A DNA stretch of 63,990 nucleotides, the filler included, from Octopus bimaculoides (lineage: Eukaryota): NCBI RefSeq assembly GCF_001194135.2. It is 8 parts of 6 records of this genome, joined end to end, with 100 filler letters (N's around TTAATTAATTAA, not from the genome) between each part and the next. Parts side by side here need not be neighbours in the genome. Positions count along the whole stretch, not along the records: positions 40,739 to 59,559 come from NC_069008.1; positions 59,660 to 62,753 come from NC_068989.1; positions 62,854 to 63,990 come from NW_026326340.1; 5 more parts are not named here. The stretch is one strand, 5' to 3'. The notes below the pieces were generated by a model. That model had not been told where the DNA came from. It searched no databases and saw only the letters and a program-made list of their open reading frames with translations. Within the stretch, counting starts at the first letter, position 1, and every line of letters starts with the position of its first letter. The position numbers were made by a program, and so were the translations under genes. Below, one piece after another: positions 58,500 through 63,990 of the stretch.

Positions 58500-58760
58500 T
58501 TACTTTGGCTACAACAGGGTTGGTTCTATGACTTGTAGATACAGTCATCTTTTACAAGTGGCCGAGTACCCCACACACTGGTAATCTTAATGTTAAACTG
58601 CAGGTAGAAGCAACACAACACTGAATATGCTTCTCCCTTGATCTGCATATCTTTACAGACCCCCACCAACTTTCTCCCTCAACGTATAATATAAATCAAC
58701 CATGGACAACTCTTCCATGCCATCTCCTCTGATATATTGTCCATGACCCACCCAATGTTG
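58500..58760 (+). mobile_element. Possible very degraded CR1/L2-like LINE 3' end
   Basis: Residual SHxxxV / HIFxDPTN / KxNIN-like words. Weak. Confidence 0.25.
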
Positions 58761-58851
58761 ATTAAATAAAAAGCTATTATCTGTTAAGTGATCAATACAT
58801 GTACTGCTTTTTTTTTGGTTTTGGTTTTTTTTTCTGAATATATGTCACAGA

Positions 58852-59140
58852 CATGGCTGTGTGGTAAGAAGCTTGCTTCCCAACCACATGGTCCCAGGTT
58901 CAATCCCACTGTATGACACCTTGGGCAAATCCTTGCGAGTTGATTTGGTTGACAAACATGGACAAAAAAGACATACATACACACATACATGGTGGGCTTC
59001 TTTCAGTTTCTGTCCACCAAATCCACACACACGCTTTAGTTGGCCCAAGGCTATAGTAGAAGACACTTACCCAGGGTGCCATGCAGTGAGACTGAACCCG
59101 AAACCATCTGATTGGGAAGCAAACTTCTTACTACACAAAT
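58852..59140. mobile_element. Tail-to-tail inverted pair of SINE family B heads (+58852-58970, -58991-59140)
   Basis: ggctgtgtggtaagaagcttgcttcccaaccacatgg... on +, and its reverse-complement counterpart ...gaaaccatctgattgggaagcaaacttcttactacaca. Confidence 0.85.
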
Positions 59141-59464
59141 ATGTCTGCGCTTATGTTAGATTATGTTTCTGGATCTGGTTTGGAACGCAAAACAAGTAAA
59201 ATATGAAAGCCAGGATATGGACGGTTATAATGCTAAAGGGATAAAGTGCTCTAAATTAAAACCGTTCATTAAAATTTCATGCTAATGAATGTTCCAGACA
59301 CCAGCTTATTAATAGTGACTGCTATTTTACTAAATTCTACGTTATTTTCAAAATGAATCGAAACAAAGACTGTGCATCTTAACATAAGTTTAATGTAATC
59401 TGAAGACGGAATCAATGTGTGTGTGTGTGTGTGTGCGTGTGCGTGTGCGTGTGCGTGCGCGTGC

Positions 59465-59504
<40 letters not shown>

Positions 59505-59676
59505 GTGTGTGTGTGTGTGAGAGAGGGAGACAAGGCTGCATGGAGTGCACCTTTTCAGCNNNNNNNNNNNNNNNNNNNNNNNNNNNNNNNNNNNNNNNNN
59601 NNNTTAATTAATTAANNNNNNNNNNNNNNNNNNNNNNNNNNNNNNNNNNNNNNNNNNNNTATATATATATATATAT

Positions 59677-59937
59677 CGTCGTGGCAATCCGTCGCTTACG
59701 AAAACAAGGGTTCCAGTTGATCCTATAAACGGAACAGCCTGCTCGTGAACATAACGTGCAAGTGGTTGAACACTCCACAGACACGTGTACCCTTAACGTA
59801 GTTCTCGGGGCGATTCAGCGTGACACAGAGTGTGACATGGCTGGACCTCTGAAATGTAGGTACAACAGAAACAGGAAGAAAGAGTGAGAGAGTTAGAGAA
59901 AGTTGTGGTGAAACAGTACAGCAGGGTTCGCCACTCC
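59677..59937 (-). mobile_element. SINE family F body and 3' tail; the head is presumably in the gap
   Basis: cacgtgtacccttaacgtagttctcgggg...gaaagttgtggtgaaacagtacagcagggttc, homologous to 29573-29720. Confidence 0.85.
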
Positions 59938-60666
59938 NNNNNNNNNNNNNNNNNNNNNNNNNNNNNNNNNNNNNNNNNNNNNNNNNNNNNNNNNNNNNNN
60001 NNNNNNNNNNNNNNNNNNNNNNNNNNNNNNNNNNNNNNNNNNNNNNNNNNNNNNNNNNNNNNNNNNNNNNNNNNNNNNNNNNNNNNNNNNNNNNNNNNNN
60101 NNNNNNNNNNNNNNNNNNNNNNNNNNNNNNNNNNNNNNNNNNNNNNNNNNNNNNNNNNNNNNNNNNNNNNNNNNNNNNNNNNNNNNNNNNNNNNNNNNNN
60201 NNNNNNNNNNNNNNNNNNNNNNNNNNNNNNNNNNNNNNNNNNNNNNNNNNNNNNNNNNNNNNNNNNNNNNNNNNNNNNNNNNNNNNNNNNNNNNNNNNNN
60301 NNNNNNNNNNNNNNNNNNNNNNNNNNNNNNNNNNNNNNNNNNNNNNNNNNNNNNNNNNNNNNNNNNNNNNNNNNNNNNNNNNNNNNNNNNNNNNNNNNNN
60401 NNNNNNNNNNNNNNNNNNNNNNNNNNNNNNNNNNNNNNNNNNNNNNNNNNNNNNNNNNNNNNNNNNNNNNNNNNNNNNNNNNNNNNNNNNNNNNNNNNNN
60501 NNNNNNNNNNNNNNNNNNNNNNNNNNNNNNNNNNNNNNNNNNNNNNNNNNNNNNNNNNNNNNNNNNNNNNNNNNNATATATATATGTATATATATAATAT
60601 ATATCCCAGCAAAATTAACTGTTATCGATGAGACGTCGAAATTTTGACGATTTCCAGTCGATAACA

Positions 60667-60701
<35 letters not shown>

Positions 60702-61929
60702 TGTGTGTGTGTGTGCATCAAGCATAAAGTCAGGTGGTTGTGAGAAGTAAATATAATTTTTTTTAAGCGCATGTCTTCTGTAGGATTACGGCCATCTTCT
60801 TCATGTAGTGCTAATTTCAGTATGCAGTAAATTAAATACACGTACATGTTTTCATCAATATGTATGCTCGGAATTATACAATTCAATTCTATATTCACAA
60901 ACTAATGCAGATACAGTATGCAAGTCCATCACATCACCAGAACATTATGCTATATGAACTGTTCAACTCTAAATATACACACAAAATTAAGTTCATTGTT
61001 TATATTTACAATGTATGAAAGACCTGAACAGGACAAAAGTACTATGATGATATTAATTATATATAGAAATCATTTTTGCACACGAGAAAGCCCTCCACCA
61101 ATTAAGGAATTTACCATTTTTAACTGAAGCAAAATAAAAGGAAATAACAAGCGATAAAGTCAAAAAAGGATCAAAGCATATGCGAATATAAAAATATCGT
61201 AATTACACAGGTAGGTAGGCTGGTTTACGAACAAAATAGCTGGTGATTTGTAGATTTTAACGAATTCATGGATAAGTTCTTGAAGTCAGGGGCTGATGTA
61301 ATCCCAAGAATTTGTGTTCTTAAAATACAAACTTTTATATAAAGTCAAATAAGATTACAAAATATCCGTAGAAGGAATTTGAACTTTCGGCAATCACCCT
61401 GTCACAATTAACCACAGCACGATATGCATAATGGCAGCGTATTCATCTGATATAAACAAAGTACATACACGTACATATTATGCATATCTGTGTAGAGAAG
61501 CATATACCCAGACACACACATACAACATACGTGGATACATATATATAGTTAGGCCGAGAAAAGAAGCAATATTCGAAAATCATAAGAATATCATCAGATT
61601 CGATCGATGAAGATGATTGAAAGTGATTTTAAGCCTCAAGTAATAGACAGTCAGTCCGTTTTATCAAAGACATTTCATTTATCTGCGATATACATATGAA
61701 ATCATGTAAAAATATTACCCGTTAGCGAAACGAAATTAAAATAAATCTTAAATTTCTTTATTCGTTTTTTTTTAGGATTTTATTCAGTTTTTGTTTTTTC
61801 CTCTTCAACGTAATAATGTTATTTTAAGAAGAAAAAAGAATTCTCATTATTATTTTATTGTTAAATTACATCTAATGCTGTCACTTTCAAATATATATAA
61901 CTTACCTATTACTTTAGCTCTCCGTTGCT

Positions 61930-61948
61930 CATCTATCTGTCTATTTAT

Positions 61949-61992
<44 letters not shown>

Positions 61993-62098
61993 GTATCTGC
62001 CTGTCTGTCTATCCATCTATCTATCTATCTATCTATCTATTTATATACATTTTGTTTTAATTCGTTTGACATCGATTCATTTATATCTGTAAGTGTGC

Positions 62099-62193
<95 letters not shown>

Positions 62194-62268
62194 TAGATAT
62201 ACATATACATATATATATAATACACACAGAGAGAATGAGCGAAAGATATATAGATAGATATAGATATA

Positions 62269-62322
<54 letters not shown>

Positions 62323-62696
62323 TATATAGTTAGATAGATAAATATAGATATAGATACACACACACACACATATATATATATAGATATATGTACACATAGA
62401 TATATATATATATATATACATATATATGTATATATATTAATTATTTTCTACATATCTTCTTTCTATGTATCTATATAATGTAAGTACGCACTGTGAAATA
62501 CATATACTTCAGACATAATTAATTGCATTTTAATAATTGCATATCAATTATTAAAAGTTTATGGGAGCCACCGTCGATTCTGATTGTATGTTATTTACAT
62601 ATATATACGCATGCATAATATCGTATCTGTGTGTGTATGCGTAGATATTACTACACCTGTGCAAACATACCTACTTACGTACCTACACACACACGC

Positions 62697-62753
<57 letters not shown>

Positions 62754-63082
62754 NNNNNNNNNNNNNNNNNNNNNNNNNNNNNNNNNNNNNNNNNNNNTTA
62801 ATTAATTAANNNNNNNNNNNNNNNNNNNNNNNNNNNNNNNNNNNNNNNNNNNNTATATATATATATATATATACACACACATATAATATAAAATATATAT
62901 GTAGTATATGTATATATATATATGTATGATATATGTTTATATGTACATATGAATATATGTGTATATGTGTGTGTATGCGTATGTATATGTATGTATATAA
63001 TTGAAAGACAATCAAAATAGAAATATTGAAAACATAAAGCAAGTTAAACAAAAATAATCATGCTGATGATGATGATGATGAC

Positions 63083-63128
<46 letters not shown>

Positions 63129-63178
63129 TTGATGATGATGATGGTGGTGCTGATGATGATGACGATGATGATGATGAC

Positions 63179-63211
<33 letters not shown>
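61930..63211. repeat. Microsatellite complex: (TCTA)n, (TA)n, (GA)n, (CA)n and a ~150-bp (GAT)n
   Basis: Seen directly. The poly-His and IYIY ORFs derive from these tracts. Confidence 0.95.
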
Positions 63212-63947
63212 ACAAAAGCCATAAACATTGAAAACCTAATCAGAAAGACAGACCTATCTTGATTATGTTTTTACTGTTTATTGTTAAACTCAAGCAAACA
63301 GCGTGGAAAATCACACACAGACGAAAACAGAAAAATATAAAAGATTTCTTAATCCTTAATGAGATCGACAACAAAAAGACAATTGAAAAAAAAAAAGAAA
63401 AAGAAAAATAAAGAAAGAAAATAAATATTTTACAAAAAGACAAAATCAAACAGAAGTAACGAAATCATGAGATCAAAGAACTCCTTCAAAAGAGATTCTC
63501 ACGAAATCACAAAGAATCAGTCGTTATAAAAAGCGGCAGCGTGTTTTTGAACGAAACGATTTGTCTTGGATTGTAAATGATTTTTATCATATACAAAATA
63601 GAAGTGCAATAGATGTCGATGCAGTACCAAGATATAGAGAAGTAGAAGACTTATAGGAATGGTTTTATATATAGCGGATTGACGGCAACTGGTGAGATTA
63701 CAAAAACAACCTCAAAGGTACAAAATAATATTTAAGGAGAAACAAAAAACAGCCCTAAAAGTATCCTGGATGTTATAAAATATAAAATATAAATAGCTAT
63801 ATCTGGAAGACTTCCTTGGAAATGTCAAACTGCTAAACTTTGGGCTAAAATAATAAAGAAGTTCCCATATTAAGTTTTTGCAACATTATTTAAAGGTTTA
63901 CGGAAAGAGTCAGCAACAAATTTTAGATGTTTCTGAGTTGCACTTGT

Positions 63948-63990
<43 letters not shown>

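Noticed and set aside
63061-63211. Poly-His / poly-Asp ORF
   Set aside because: It is a (GAT)n microsatellite with no flanking coding context or splice sites.
63690-63830. Possible degraded RT fragment (KxTKII...EDF.LG-like words)
   Set aside because: Too degenerate to support without a profile search.

Overview
This is repeat-dense, AT-rich, gappy eukaryotic genomic DNA with roughly 9 kb of N. The SINE families and the microsatellite load look like an octopus (coleoid cephalopod) scaffold; that is inferred from recalled repeat families, not from a search. Almost all ORFs in the supplied track are artefacts of microsatellites or N runs. The only convincing host coding sequence is one 309-nt, phase 1-1, minus-strand exon (22919->22611) encoding a complete intracellular-type fibronectin type III domain, so most of the window is probably intron of a large FN3/Ig-repeat gene. 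The rest is a layered transposon record: several tRNA-derived SINE families; decayed Tx1/L1-like, R4/Dong-like and Penelope-like retroelements; a Helitron helicase tail with its 3' hairpin and CTAG end; a Helentron/DINE-like element; and mariner, hAT and piggyBac-like MITEs. Best leads: (i) short Penelope-derived elements carrying a minimal hammerhead-ribozyme fold with a recurrent non-canonical core (CUGUUGA/CUGUAGA); (ii) a 24-nt stop-containing microexon candidate 139 nt upstream of the FN3 exon; (iii) a strong strand bias in an old ~200-bp repeat that carries an acceptor-like motif; (iv) many inverted SINE pairs that could form ADAR substrates. I see no prokaryotic-type system, CRISPR array, rRNA or genuine tRNA gene. 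Repeat boundaries were read by eye and are approximate (about +/-10 nt). Family labels A-I are my own working names.
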